Positions 23,543-32,000 of a stretch of 32,000 nucleotides of DNA are shown here, in pieces (the stretch's first letter is position 1; each line of letters starts with the position of its first letter). A model generated the notes under the pieces. The model made no database searches, had not been told where the DNA came from, and saw only the letters and a list, made by a program, of their open reading frames with translations. The position numbers and the translations under genes are program-made. Origin of the DNA: Ktedonobacterales bacterium (lineage in GTDB: Bacteria > Chloroflexota > Ktedonobacteria > Ktedonobacterales > JADMIN01); assembly GCA_030167145.1 (NCBI GenBank), contig CP126532.1, positions 3,240,001-3,272,000 on the forward strand. The letters run 5' to 3'.

Positions 23543-25067
23543 CCTGCTGCTCCCAATATTGCGGTGTGTAGCCGCGATGCGCCAGTTCGCCACGGATGGC
23601 GAGCATCGCGGTATAGGTGGGCACGATGTAGAGCGTGCTTCCGGAGGGGGTGTGTTCGAGGGCGTGGGTCAGCGCGCGCCCGAAATCTGGCTCGATGTGC
23701 TGCGGCGGCTGGCCGGTGTACTTCAGGCGCAGGGCGAGGTCGTAGGCGCGGGTGCCGGTGGTGGTGACGTAGGCGGCGATGCCAGGGACACGCTCGTAGT
23801 CGGCGTCCCAGATCCATGAGACGTCTTCGCCGTCCGCCGCTTTGTCGCTAAGGGCGAGCAGCAGATGATGCCTGCCCTCCATCATACCCAGCGCGCGCAG
23901 CACTTCGTTGAGGCCGGTGGGGTTCTTTGCCAGCAGCAGTTGCACGGTCTTGTCGCCGACGGCGATGCGCTCGGCGCGGCCAAACGCGGGGCGGAAGCGC
24001 GCGATAGCCTCGCGGATGCGGGGGGTCTCGGCGCCGACGGTGACGCCGACGGCGGCGGCGGCGAGCGCGTTGTAGACGTTGTAGAGGCCGGGGAGTTCGA
24101 CCCGCGCTTCGGTGACGCCCGCTGGCGTTTCGAGTTGGAAGACCGTGCCAGCGAGGGCGTCTGGATGGATGCCGCGCGCGCGCACGAGCGGGTCGGGGCG
24201 GCGATAGCCGCAGGATGGGCAGGACCAGTGGCCGATGTGGCTGTAGAAGCGCTGCGAGAACTCTAGCACGGCATGGCAGCGGGCGCAGGTGCGCGTGTCA
24301 ATCACCTCGGCGCAGTCGCCTGGCTCGCGGCCCGCCGTGACGATGGGCGCTTCCTCCACGCCGTAGTAGACGACGGGCGCTTCGCGGTCGCTATCGGCGA
24401 GGGCGGCGACGGCGGGGTCGTCGGCGTTGAGGATCAGCGTGGTGGTGGGGGGCAGCTTGCTGAGCGCGAGCCGCCACTTTTCGGCGACGGTATCTACTTC
24501 GCCGTAGCGGTCAAGCTGGTCGCGGAAGAGGTTGGTGATGACGATGGCACGCGGCTGGAGCGCGGCGACGACCGCCGGGAATGCGGCTTCGTCCACCTCG
24601 AAGACGGCGGAGGCGTCGCCACCGCCGCGCAGCTTGCCGTCTGGGCGGGCGCGAATGAGCAGCGATGTGGCGACGCCGCGCATCAGGTTCGAGCCTTCGC
24701 GATTGCGCCAGACGCGATGCCCGGCGGCGCGCAGCACTTCGGTGACCAACCCGCTGGTGGTGGTTTTGCCGTTGGTGCCGGTGACGACGATGGACCCCTG
24801 ACGCAGTTGGGCGCCCAGATAGGCGGGCAAGCCCGGATCAATGCGCAGCGCGACCAGCCCCGGCAGGCTGGTGCCGCCACCCAGGCGCAGCCGCCGCGAG
24901 AGCACCCCGGTCGCGCGGCCAGCGGCTACGGCAAGCGCCGCACGGGTGCGGCTATGGCGCGGACGCGCGATGGCGCGCAACGAGCCGGAGGTGTCGGGAC
25001 GGCGCGAGACGCCGCTGGCGCTGGCTGTGCCGGGCGCAGGTGGCCGTGTGTCGGGGGTGTTCGTCAC
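23535..25067 (-). CDS. murT: lipid II isoglutaminyl synthase, Mur-ligase-type subunit
   Basis: P-loop VVTGTNGKTTTSGL. Cys4 ribbon CARCH...CPSCG. C-terminal DUF1727-like region DVSWIWDADYE. GTG 25067 shares GTGA with the cheA stop, and GGAG lies upstream. An alternative TTG start at 24979 cannot be excluded. Confidence 0.85.
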   Translation of the reverse strand: MTNTPDTRPPAPGTASASGVSRRPDTSGSLRAIARPRHSRTRAALAVAAGRATGVLSRRLRLGGGTSLPGLVALRIDPGLPAYLGAQLRQGSIVVTGTNGKTTTSGLVTEVLRAAGHRVWRNREGSNLMRGVATSLLIRARPDGKLRGGGDASAVFEVDEAAFPAVVAALQPRAIVITNLFRDQLDRYGEVDTVAEKWRLALSKLPPTTTLILNADDPAVAALADSDREAPVVYYGVEEAPIVTAGREPGDCAEVIDTRTCARCHAVLEFSQRFYSHIGHWSCPSCGYRRPDPLVRARGIHPDALAGTVFQLETPAGVTEARVELPGLYNVYNALAAAAVGVTVGAETPRIREAIARFRPAFGRAERIAVGDKTVQLLLAKNPTGLNEVLRALGMMEGRHHLLLALSDKAADGEDVSWIWDADYERVPGIAAYVTTTGTRAYDLALRLKYTGQPPQHIEPDFGRALTHALEHTPSGSTLYIVPTYTAMLAIRGELAHRGYTPQYWEQQDE

Positions 25068-27916
25068 GGTAGGTTCTCCACCGGCGCATCCAGCGCCGTC
25101 CGAATCGTTTCCAGCAGGGTTTCCTGCGGGCAGGGCTTGATGAGATAGGCTGCCGCGCCCAACGCGCTGGCATGCGCGCGATGCTTGTCGGCGGCGCGCG
25201 AGGTGAGCATGATGGTGCGCACCCCGGCAAGCTGCGGCGTGCCGCGCATGATGGCGAGCAACTCGAAGCCGTCTAGCCGGGGCATCTCGATGTCGAGCAC
25301 CATCACCTGTGGCGGGTTGACGAGCATCAACTCCAGCGCCTCGATGCCATCGCGCGCAAGCTGCACGTCGTAGCCTGCGTGGGTGAGTGTCAGTTCCAGC
25401 GATTTGCGGATCGAGATGGAATCATCCACGACCAGCACATGTGGCCCATGCGCCGCCGCTGGTGTTGGCGGGCGGGCACGGCGGATGGGCCGCGCGGAAT
25501 GGCGTTCGCTGGTCGCCGCCAGCAGCACGCCGGCATCCAACAGCAGCAGCAGATCGCCACGCGCGGTCACAGTTGCGCCCTGCACGACACGCCGCCGCAG
25601 GTGCTTCGGCAACGCCTGAATGAGCATCTCCCGTTCATCCAGAATAGCATCTACGAGCAGAACACAGCGCGTTCGGTCCATCTCGACGAGCAGCGCCGCC
25701 TGGGGATTTGTGGGCTGCTGCTCGAAACCGAGCAGGTGGGCAAGGTAGTACGCAGGTACTTCCTCATAGAGCGTGCCACTGGAAACGACTTGATTGAGGG
25801 ACGGGCCGCCCACTTGCTCGCGTTCCATACGCACGCGCAGCGAGAGGATGTCGGTTGCGCCTGGGGGCGCGTCGGGCGCGGCGCGGGTGACCGAGGTGAG
25901 CAGTTCGGCGGGGGTGAGCGAGAGCATGCGACGCATGGCGGTGAAGGGCAGCGCGTAGACTTGCTCGCCCGCCTGCACCTGGAGCGCGCGCACAACGCTG
26001 AGCGAGATGGGCACACGAATGCGGAAGGTTGTGCCTTGATCTGGCTCGCTGTGGACTTCGATGCTGCCCTTCAAGCGGCGGATGGTGGCGCGCACTTCGT
26101 CCATGCCCATGCCGCGCCCGCCGATCACCTGGGCTTCGGCATAGGTGGAGACGCCGGGCAGGAACATCAGATCGAGCGCGTCGGCGACGGTCAGGGAGCG
26201 GGCCGCGTCGCCATCCAGCAAATTGTTGGCGACGGCTGAGGCGGCAAGCCGGTGGGCATTGACACCACGACCATCATCGCCGAGTTCGATCACCACTTCG
26301 TCGCCATTGGCAAAGGCGCGCAAGGTGAGTGTCGCGTCGGTGGGCTTGCCGATCTCGCGCCGCTCGTCGGGCGGCTCGATGCCGTGGATGAGGGCGTTGC
26401 GCACCAGTTGGATCAGCGGCTCGCGCAGGGCATCGCTGATGTTGCGATCAATCTCGGTGAGTTCGCCCGCGACGGTGAACGAGACCTGCTTTTTGAGCAT
26501 GCCCGCCAGCCGCCGAACCTCGACGCGCAGACGAAGGGCCAGCGGTTCCAGCGACACCAGCCGCATCCGCAACACGTCATGCTGGATGCTTTCAGTCAGC
26601 GCGGCTTGCTGCTCGGCGGTCTGGCCGAGGGCGCTGGTGCGTTCGCGCAGGGTGCGCCCGGCGGTGCGGACATCATCCACGGCTTCGGAGAGGGCGCGAC
26701 AGGCGGTGTCGAATTCGCTATAGCGTTCGAGTTCGAGGGCATCGTGCGCGGATTTGTGGGGGTCGTCGGCCAATTGGCGGGTGAGCCGCGCGAAGAAGGG
26801 GCGCTTGGGAGCGGATTGGTCGGCGCTGGCAGCGGAGGAGGGAGGGTCGGCGCTGACGGGCGAGAGCAATGCTGGAGGCTGGCTGTCGGTAATCTGGCTG
26901 CTGAGCGTGGCGACCCGCGCGAGGAGTTGTTCTAGCTCGGCCTGAAGGCGGGCGATCTCGTCGCGTGTGCGCAGGAGCGCGGCGCGGCCAAGCGTGAGCT
27001 GGCTGACACGGTTCATCAGAGCATCCACGCGCCGGACCTCGACCTGAAGCGGTGTGTCGTCGGTGTTTCTGGCGGTGAGCGCGACTTCGCTGATCTCTGG
27101 GGGCAGTGAGGGGATAGATTGTTCGCTGGTGAGCGCTGGTGGCTCTGGCTCGGCGGGCTGCGGGCGCACGCCGTCCGCCCCTACAGGCGCGGTGAGCAGC
27201 AGCGCGGCGAGCAATTCGTCGGCTCGCGCGGGCAGCGTGGGGTCGGCGTCGCGTTCGGCGGAGGCGGCGCTGAGCGCGGCTTGGAGCAGGTCCAGGCAGG
27301 CGAAGAGGGTGGCGATGGCGGCTGGCCCAGCGGCGACACGGCGGGTTTTGATCGCTTTCAGCACGTCCTCGAAGGTGAGCGCCAGTTGGGCCAGGGTGTC
27401 GAAGCCGAGGATGCCGGCTGTGCCTTTGACGCGATGCGCCACGCGCTCCATATCCAGCAGCGCCGCGCGGTTGTCGGGCCGCTGCTCAAGCGCGAGGCAG
27501 CCGCTGTGCAGGCGTTCGAGTTCCTCGGCGGCCTCGATGACGAAGAGCCGACGCATGGCGGGGGGAATGTAGTCGAGATCGTCGCTGGTCAGTGGGGTGG
27601 CGGGGGTTGCGGGCCGTGTGGTGGGCGTAGGGGATGGCTCGCGGAGAATGGGCTGCGTCGCGCCGGTGTCGAACATGGTGAGTGGCGGGCTGTTCTCGCC
27701 TGCGGCGGTGGTGTCGAAGTCAGCGCCGGGAGCGGGCGCGGGCGATGGCGTGTCCGCAGTGGGCGTGTCGCTTTGGAATGCGGCGATCATCGCCAGTTCT
27801 TCGTCGGTGAGGGGCTGGTCGTCTTGCGCGATGGTTTCCTCGAAGGCTGCCAGCATTTCTTCGTCGGTGAGGGGCCGGGTAAAGACCGGCGCGGGCCGCT
27901 GATCCTGGTCATCCAC
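25064..27916 (-). CDS. cheA: CheA-type histidine kinase fused to a C-terminal receiver (Hpt, dimerisation, HATPase_c, CheW-like, REC)
   Basis: Hpt RVAHRVKGTAGILGF. Dimerisation region VRRVDALMNRVSQL. N-box LIQLVRNALIHGIE. G1 LGDDGRGV. G2 GGRGMGMDEV. CheW-like segment ALQVQAGEQVYALPF. REC VLVVDDS...VLDIEMP...IMLTS...YLIKP. GTG start lies 2 nt after the cheW stop. Confidence 0.9.
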   Translation of the reverse strand: MDDQDQRPAPVFTRPLTDEEMLAAFEETIAQDDQPLTDEELAMIAAFQSDTPTADTPSPAPAPGADFDTTAAGENSPPLTMFDTGATQPILREPSPTPTTRPATPATPLTSDDLDYIPPAMRRLFVIEAAEELERLHSGCLALEQRPDNRAALLDMERVAHRVKGTAGILGFDTLAQLALTFEDVLKAIKTRRVAAGPAAIATLFACLDLLQAALSAASAERDADPTLPARADELLAALLLTAPVGADGVRPQPAEPEPPALTSEQSIPSLPPEISEVALTARNTDDTPLQVEVRRVDALMNRVSQLTLGRAALLRTRDEIARLQAELEQLLARVATLSSQITDSQPPALLSPVSADPPSSAASADQSAPKRPFFARLTRQLADDPHKSAHDALELERYSEFDTACRALSEAVDDVRTAGRTLRERTSALGQTAEQQAALTESIQHDVLRMRLVSLEPLALRLRVEVRRLAGMLKKQVSFTVAGELTEIDRNISDALREPLIQLVRNALIHGIEPPDERREIGKPTDATLTLRAFANGDEVVIELGDDGRGVNAHRLAASAVANNLLDGDAARSLTVADALDLMFLPGVSTYAEAQVIGGRGMGMDEVRATIRRLKGSIEVHSEPDQGTTFRIRVPISLSVVRALQVQAGEQVYALPFTAMRRMLSLTPAELLTSVTRAAPDAPPGATDILSLRVRMEREQVGGPSLNQVVSSGTLYEEVPAYYLAHLLGFEQQPTNPQAALLVEMDRTRCVLLVDAILDEREMLIQALPKHLRRRVVQGATVTARGDLLLLLDAGVLLAATSERHSARPIRRARPPTPAAAHGPHVLVVDDSISIRKSLELTLTHAGYDVQLARDGIEALELMLVNPPQVMVLDIEMPRLDGFELLAIMRGTPQLAGVRTIMLTSRAADKHRAHASALGAAAYLIKPCPQETLLETIRTALDAPVENLP

Positions 27917-27918
27917 GG

Positions 27919-28539
27919 TTAGCCGTCCCTTTCTTCCAGTGCCAGGAGCAGGTCGTCGAGCAGGTGGCGCGCGTTGAGGATGATGTGTCGCTGTCCGCCG
28001 TCGGCGGGGGTGTAGAGTCCGGCGTAATAGCGGTCGGCGATAGATGCGGTGAGCGGTGGGTCGCGTAGAATTTCGTCATCGCGCACCAGCGTGATGGCGC
28101 CGACTCGTTCGACGGCCCAGCCGAGGGTATGCTCGCCGTCGCCGACGAGAATGGTGGCGGTGGGAGGGGGGTCGCCGTTGCTGGGGGCCGATGCGCCGAG
28201 CAGCAGTGGGGCGGGGTCCACCAGGCCGAGGAGTTCGGCGCGCAGGGCAAAGAGTCCGAACATCCAGGGCGGCGTGTGGGGCAGCGGGATGGTGGCGGGG
28301 ACGGTGGGTAGCACTTCGCGCATGGTTTCAAGCGTGACGGCGCAGGCGAGCGTCATACAGGTGAAGAGGAGATAGTGCGCGCCCAGGGGCGGCTCTAGCT
28401 CTGCGGCTTCTGCCTGGGCCAGACGCATCAGGTAGCGTTCGGCGGCATCCAGCGGGCGCGTTTGGTCGCCGGGCGCTAGTGGCGCTGCCGCATCGGGCGC
28501 GACGCGCCAGGCTGGCAGGTCGAAGGACGTATCGCTCAC
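27919..28539 (-). CDS. cheW: CheW-like coupling protein
   Basis: YLLFTCMTLACAVTLETMREVL...LPHTPPWMFGLFALRAELLGLVD...ILVGDGEHTLGWAVERVGAI is a CheW-domain pattern. GTG start follows AGAGGGGA. Confidence 0.75.
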   Translation of the reverse strand: MSDTSFDLPAWRVAPDAAAPLAPGDQTRPLDAAERYLMRLAQAEAAELEPPLGAHYLLFTCMTLACAVTLETMREVLPTVPATIPLPHTPPWMFGLFALRAELLGLVDPAPLLLGASAPSNGDPPPTATILVGDGEHTLGWAVERVGAITLVRDDEILRDPPLTASIADRYYAGLYTPADGGQRHIILNARHLLDDLLLALEERDG

Positions 28540-28632
28540 ACCGTCTGTCCCCTCTGTTGTCGCGGCGAATGGACGTGAGTTGGGCGCGCAACCGCCGGTT
28601 GCCCGGCGCGCATCGCAGGGTTACGCGCAGGG

Positions 28633-29088
28633 CTACGCGGGCGGCAGATCCACTGGCGGGGGAACAGGGATGCCCAATTGCTCGCATACCTCGCGGATGA
28701 CCTCTTTGATACGGAACGGCTTTTTGATATAGGCGCTGGCGCGGATGCGCAGGCTGTTCACGTGATCTATCACACCGTTGTGGGCGGTGAGCATGATGAT
28801 CTTCATATCGCTGAACTTCTGGTTGGCGCGGATGATCTGCGCGACCTGATAGCCATTCATGCGCGGCAGGCCGATGTCGAGCAGGAGCAGCGCGGGCGCT
28901 GGAATGTCGTCGGAGGAGAAGGCGCGGATCATCGAAATGCCTTCGGGGAAGGCTAAGACGCGGATACCATGACGCCCGAAGCCGAACTCGATGATTTTGC
29001 GCACCGAGGGCGAATCGTCAATGACCATAATCACCGGCAGCACCCCTGCTGCGATTGTCTGACTGTGTGCTGACTCAGCCGGAGACAT
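28633..29088 (-). CDS. single-domain response regulator (CheY-like receiver)
   Basis: VIMVIDDSPSVRK, LLLLDIGLPRMNG, IIMLTAH and YIKKPF supply the Asp pocket, phospho-Asp, Thr and Lys. Start moved to ATG 29088, 7 nt after GGGGAGGAAA. Confidence 0.85.
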   Translation of the reverse strand: MSPAESAHSQTIAAGVLPVIMVIDDSPSVRKIIEFGFGRHGIRVLAFPEGISMIRAFSSDDIPAPALLLLDIGLPRMNGYQVAQIIRANQKFSDMKIIMLTAHNGVIDHVNSLRIRASAYIKKPFRIKEVIREVCEQLGIPVPPPVDLPPA

Positions 29089-29117
29089 ACTCGTGTTTCC
29101 TCCCCACATCTCATCTT

Positions 29118-29166
29118 GCATCTGCACGTACACGCTCGCTATCTCCTACACCTGCATCTCCTACAC
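29118..29166 (-). promoter_or_regulatory. three direct repeats GTGTAsGwG(c)AGATGCA upstream of the CheY-like gene (candidate operator or internal promoter)
   Basis: Plus strand: ATCTCCTACAC at 29141-29151 and 29156-29166 (15-nt period), plus a degenerate copy CATCTGCACGTACAC at 29118-29133. The repeats lie 30-80 nt upstream of ATG 29088. Confidence 0.3.
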
Positions 29167-29254
29167 ATGTGAACGACTTGCGCTGTGTGATGCGCGCTCT
29201 CGAATTATAACGCTCGACGGCACGCACCCTATGCCAATCGGCTACTCATCCCAA

Positions 29255-30508
29255 CTACTCGCCCATGTCGTTCTCACCACGAATGGTCATCAGCAGCGCT
29301 TCCCACGCTTCGCGATTCTGCTGGCGTTCCAGTGGCAGCGCCACACGCGCGTTGATGGCCTCGAATGCGGCGACGAGCGCGCTCTGGAGCACGGTGCTAC
29401 AGCGGTCGTAGATGAGCTTGGTATTGCCGAGCGAGCCACGTGTGGCGTTGTTCAGGGCGTCGCGGCAATAGCTGGTGAAGTCATCTACATCAATCTGGTT
29501 GTTGGCGATGCGGAAGCGATAGGAGTCTACGCCGAAGAGGCCGCGCTGCGCGAGCAGGGTGTTGAGGGTGTCGGGCGCGAGGCTCAGGCCGCCTTCGCGG
29601 CAGGCGTCTTCGAGCGCTTTCATCGTCTGGTTGATGAAGCTGGCGAGCGCGCTGAGTTGATCCAGCGGCGTTTTGCGTTTCAGCCAGTCTTGCTCCATGC
29701 TGATGAGCAGCGAGAAGAGGTCGAAGTGGCGCATACTGAGGCGCACGGCTTCGGGGGGCAGGCCAGGGCGGCCCGCCGCGCCGATGGCGATGAGCAATCC
29801 CTGCTGCACAAATGGGCCGATCTGCCGCGCGATCTCGACCTCTGGGTGGCGGAGCGAGGTGGCGACGCGGCGCACGGTGTGATGCTCGTTGACGCGGGCG
29901 ATCAGCCGCCAGTCCGTCGCTGAGAAGCGCAGCGGGTGGCCGGGCATCGGCTCGCGGGCCATGGCGAGGTGGGTGCGCATGCCATCGGGGAGGAAGGGTT
30001 GGAGGGTTTCCCATTCGTGCTCGTAGCGCAGGACTTCCATCATGGCGGGGGTGGTCTCGATGTGGATGCCGGTGCTATGGGCGGGCAGACGTTCGTCGGC
30101 GTGAAATTCGTAGCTGCCTTCGCGCCAGAGCGCCAGTTCGCGGACGGTCCAGAGGGTTTGGGTTTTGAGGGCGTGAACGAGATGTTCGGGGCTGATGATG
30201 CCGAGGTCTACGAGTCGCTCGCCGATGCGGGGGCCAAGGGGATCTTGCGTTTGCAGGTGGTAGGCGTGATCGAGATGTTCTGGTCCAGCGAGGTTGAGTT
30301 GTTGGAGCACATGGCCGAGGGTGAGCGCTTCGGTATCGAGTTCGACGCAACTGACCAGCCCGCCGTTATCGAAGTAGACAATGCCCGATTGGCCGGAGTC
30401 ATGGTGTATGTGCAGAGCGCCGGTGTTTGAGCCAAGCCCCATCATTTGGAGCAGTTCAACCAACCGGAACTCTTCGAGCCGGCCATTCAGTACATTGTGT
30501 GCTGCCAC
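29255..30508 (-). CDS. DUF4388 (PATAN) domain protein with a T2SSE_N / MshEN-like repeat
   Basis: N-terminus LEEFRLVELLQMMGLGSNTGALHIHHDSGQSGIVYFDNGGLV fits DUF4388. Residues 94-117, RIGERLVDLGIISPEHLVHALKTQ, fit the 24-residue MshEN motif, and a degenerate copy lies at residues 63-86. GTG start follows GAGGG. Confidence 0.75.
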   Translation of the reverse strand: MAAHNVLNGRLEEFRLVELLQMMGLGSNTGALHIHHDSGQSGIVYFDNGGLVSCVELDTEALTLGHVLQQLNLAGPEHLDHAYHLQTQDPLGPRIGERLVDLGIISPEHLVHALKTQTLWTVRELALWREGSYEFHADERLPAHSTGIHIETTPAMMEVLRYEHEWETLQPFLPDGMRTHLAMAREPMPGHPLRFSATDWRLIARVNEHHTVRRVATSLRHPEVEIARQIGPFVQQGLLIAIGAAGRPGLPPEAVRLSMRHFDLFSLLISMEQDWLKRKTPLDQLSALASFINQTMKALEDACREGGLSLAPDTLNTLLAQRGLFGVDSYRFRIANNQIDVDDFTSYCRDALNNATRGSLGNTKLIYDRCSTVLQSALVAAFEAINARVALPLERQQNREAWEALLMTIRGENDMGE

Positions 30509-30758
30509 GTCGTTGCCCTCGTTCTCTGCGCGCCCGCCGTGTTACGCCGACGGAGGTCGCTCGCGATCATCTAGCGCGCCCAGCCACGGAGGATGCCGCG
30601 CAGATCGCGGCGGCGCTCCCAGACGCATGCCATGCGCCCTGATGTGGCCTGCGCAGGCGCATACCGTGCGCCCCTGCACCACCCACCACGTGTTGCCCGC
30701 TGTGAAGTGGCAACCCCAATCACATCCCCACGCGCGGCATTATACTTCAGCCAGCATC

Positions 30759-31268
30759 TCAGAACAAGTGGCCGCACTGCGTCACATCGGCTGGTGGCAG
30801 CGCGCGTGCCAGTTCGGCCACCGTGGTGTCGAGCGCGGGATGGCGCAGATCGGGGGCGATTTCGGCGAGGGGCGCCAGCACGAAGGCGCGCTCGGCGATG
30901 CGGGGATGGGGGATATGCAGCTCAGGCGTATCCAGGATTAGGTCATCGTAGAAGAGGAGGTCAATGTCTACGACGCGCGGCCCATAACGGATGCCTGGTG
31001 TGCGCCCGACCGCCGCCTCCACGGCTTTGGCGTGGCGCAGCAGCGCGAGCGGGGTGAGGGTGGTGTGGCCGATACAGGCGATATTGTGGAAACGCGGTTG
31101 CGCGGTGACGAGCATTGGCGCGGTGTCATAGATCGCGGAAACACGCGCGATGGTGACGGCCGGGGCGAGATGCGCCAGCGCGGCGCGCAGGTTGGCGTCG
31201 CGGTCGCCCAGGTTGCTGCCCAGCCCCAGTGCGACGGTGTGGGTATGCGCCGCTTCGTCCTCGTGCAT
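30759..31268 (-). CDS. folK: 2-amino-4-hydroxy-6-hydroxymethyldihydropteridine pyrophosphokinase (HPPK)
   Basis: VALGLGSNLGDR, YDTAPM, RYGPRVVDIDLLFYDD, LHIPHPRIAERAFVLAPL. GGAAAGGAG lies upstream of ATG 31268. Confidence 0.9.
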   Translation of the reverse strand: MHEDEAAHTHTVALGLGSNLGDRDANLRAALAHLAPAVTIARVSAIYDTAPMLVTAQPRFHNIACIGHTTLTPLALLRHAKAVEAAVGRTPGIRYGPRVVDIDLLFYDDLILDTPELHIPHPRIAERAFVLAPLAEIAPDLRHPALDTTVAELARALPPADVTQCGHLF

Positions 31269-31443
31269 TGTCGCCGCTCCTTTCCCATATCGTGGCGTAT
31301 CGCGGGTGCGAATAATAAGAATATAGGGTGAATGCCTGACGCGCGGGAGGATCTATCACGGTAGCATACAATAGTGATGGGCTATATCTTTTCTGGTGCG
31401 CTATGATAGGCATGAACTATTTTCAAGGCGGTGTGGATACGGC

Positions 31444-32000
31444 ATGATAGGTCTGATTGGACTCGATCATCACGCGGCGGATGTGGATCTGCGCGGACGG
31501 GTCAGCTTTGCGGACGAGCGCTTGCGGGCGGCGCTGCGCGAGCTGGCGGCGCTGCCCGCGCTGCGCGAGGTGGTGGTGCTTTCGACGTGCAACCGCACGG
31601 AGGTCTATTTCGCGGCTGAGGATGGGATCGCGGCTGGTGATGCGGTGCGGCGCTATCTGGCTGGGGCGTTTGTGCGCGGCGCGGCTGCTGTGCGCGTGGA
31701 TGGGGCGGATGCTGGCGTGCAGACGCAGGCGCCGGTGGCGCTGCCGGTGGCGCTGCCGGTGGAACTGGCGCGGGCGCTCTATGCGCGTGAGGATGAGGAA
31801 GCGGCGCGGCATCTCTGCCAGGTTGCCGCTGGATTGCGCTCGATGGTGCTGGGCGAGGCGGAGATTTTGGGGCAGGTCAAGGATGCGCTGACCGCCGCCG
31901 AGATGGCTCAGACGCTGGGCGACGAACTGCGGGCGCTGTTCACGACGGCGATCAAGGTGGGCAAGCGGGTGCGCGCGGAGACGGAGATCGGGCGCGCGGA
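31444..32000 (+). CDS. hemA: glutamyl-tRNA reductase (5' part, runs off the window)
   Basis: My own translation from ATG 31444: MIGLIGLDHHAADVDLRGRVSF...LREVVVLSTCNRTEVYF (catalytic Cys motif)...LCQVAAGLRSMVLGEAEILGQVK. It is absent from the ORF track because there is no in-window stop. Confidence 0.9.
   Translation, partial: MIGLIGLDHHAADVDLRGRVSFADERLRAALRELAALPALREVVVLSTCNRTEVYFAAEDGIAAGDAVRRYLAGAFVRGAAAVRVDGADAGVQTQAPVALPVALPVELARALYAREDEEAARHLCQVAAGLRSMVLGEAEILGQVKDALTAAEMAQTLGDELRALFTTAIKVGKRVRAETEIGRA

Noticed and set aside
1-32000. tRNA, rRNA or tmRNA genes.
   Set aside because: I saw no GGTTCGAATCC-type T-arm, no cloverleaf-compatible segments and no rRNA-like conserved blocks while reading either strand. 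This is a visual scan only, not tRNAscan or Infernal.

Overview
High-GC bacterial chromosomal window. Hand-counted 60-nt samples give about 65-70% GC in most genes, with two patches at about 42-58%. I support 29 protein-coding genes, including a partial hemA at the 3' edge that is missing from the ORF track because it has no stop. I recognised no rRNA, tRNA, CRISPR array, transposase or integrase. The gene content (two DUF4388/PATAN proteins, a GT87/DUF2029 membrane glycosyltransferase, MurT/GatD, secreted SH3b and PQQ-propeller proteins) suggests a Gram-positive-type lineage such as Chloroflexota (Ktedonobacteria-like) or Actinomycetota, but that is only a guess. Recognisable genes, left to right: SAM methyltransferase; SH3b secreted protein; a cog0402 amidohydrolase (HutF / 8-oxoguanine deaminase-like) preceded by two small low-GC membrane proteins; a split DUF1214 + DUF1254 pair; a deoxyhypusine synthase-like protein; XdhC-family protein; DUF4388 protein; a Cache-type MCP-like sensor with a Gly/Met-rich tail; a stand-alone cNMP-binding protein; DUF309; a second methyltransferase; hutU; GT87-like protein; PQQ propeller; a membrane protein plus HicB-like pair; then one long minus-strand operon (DUF4388/MshEN-like, CheY-like REC, CheW, CheA-REC hybrid, MurT, GatD); folK; hemA. 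Four observations stand out. (1) The chemosensory-type phosphorelay genes are translationally coupled to the lipid II amidation genes murT/gatD: the cheA stop and murT start share GTGA. (2) Two roughly 0.8-1.0 kb non-coding islands lie upstream of the DHS-like gene and of hutU. They are built from the same set of 9-nt-periodic motifs, sit in the same orientation relative to the downstream gene, and each begins with a homologous header containing a perfectly conserved extended -10-like TGCTACACT. They may be paralogous long leaders or ncRNAs. (3) A roughly 105-nt conserved non-coding element occurs twice on the minus strand and ends in the ribosome-binding site. (4) A Cache sensor has a degenerate MCP tip and a tail of about 200 aa rich in Gly, Met, Pro and Asn. 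All functional calls come from motif recognition by eye. No database search was run.
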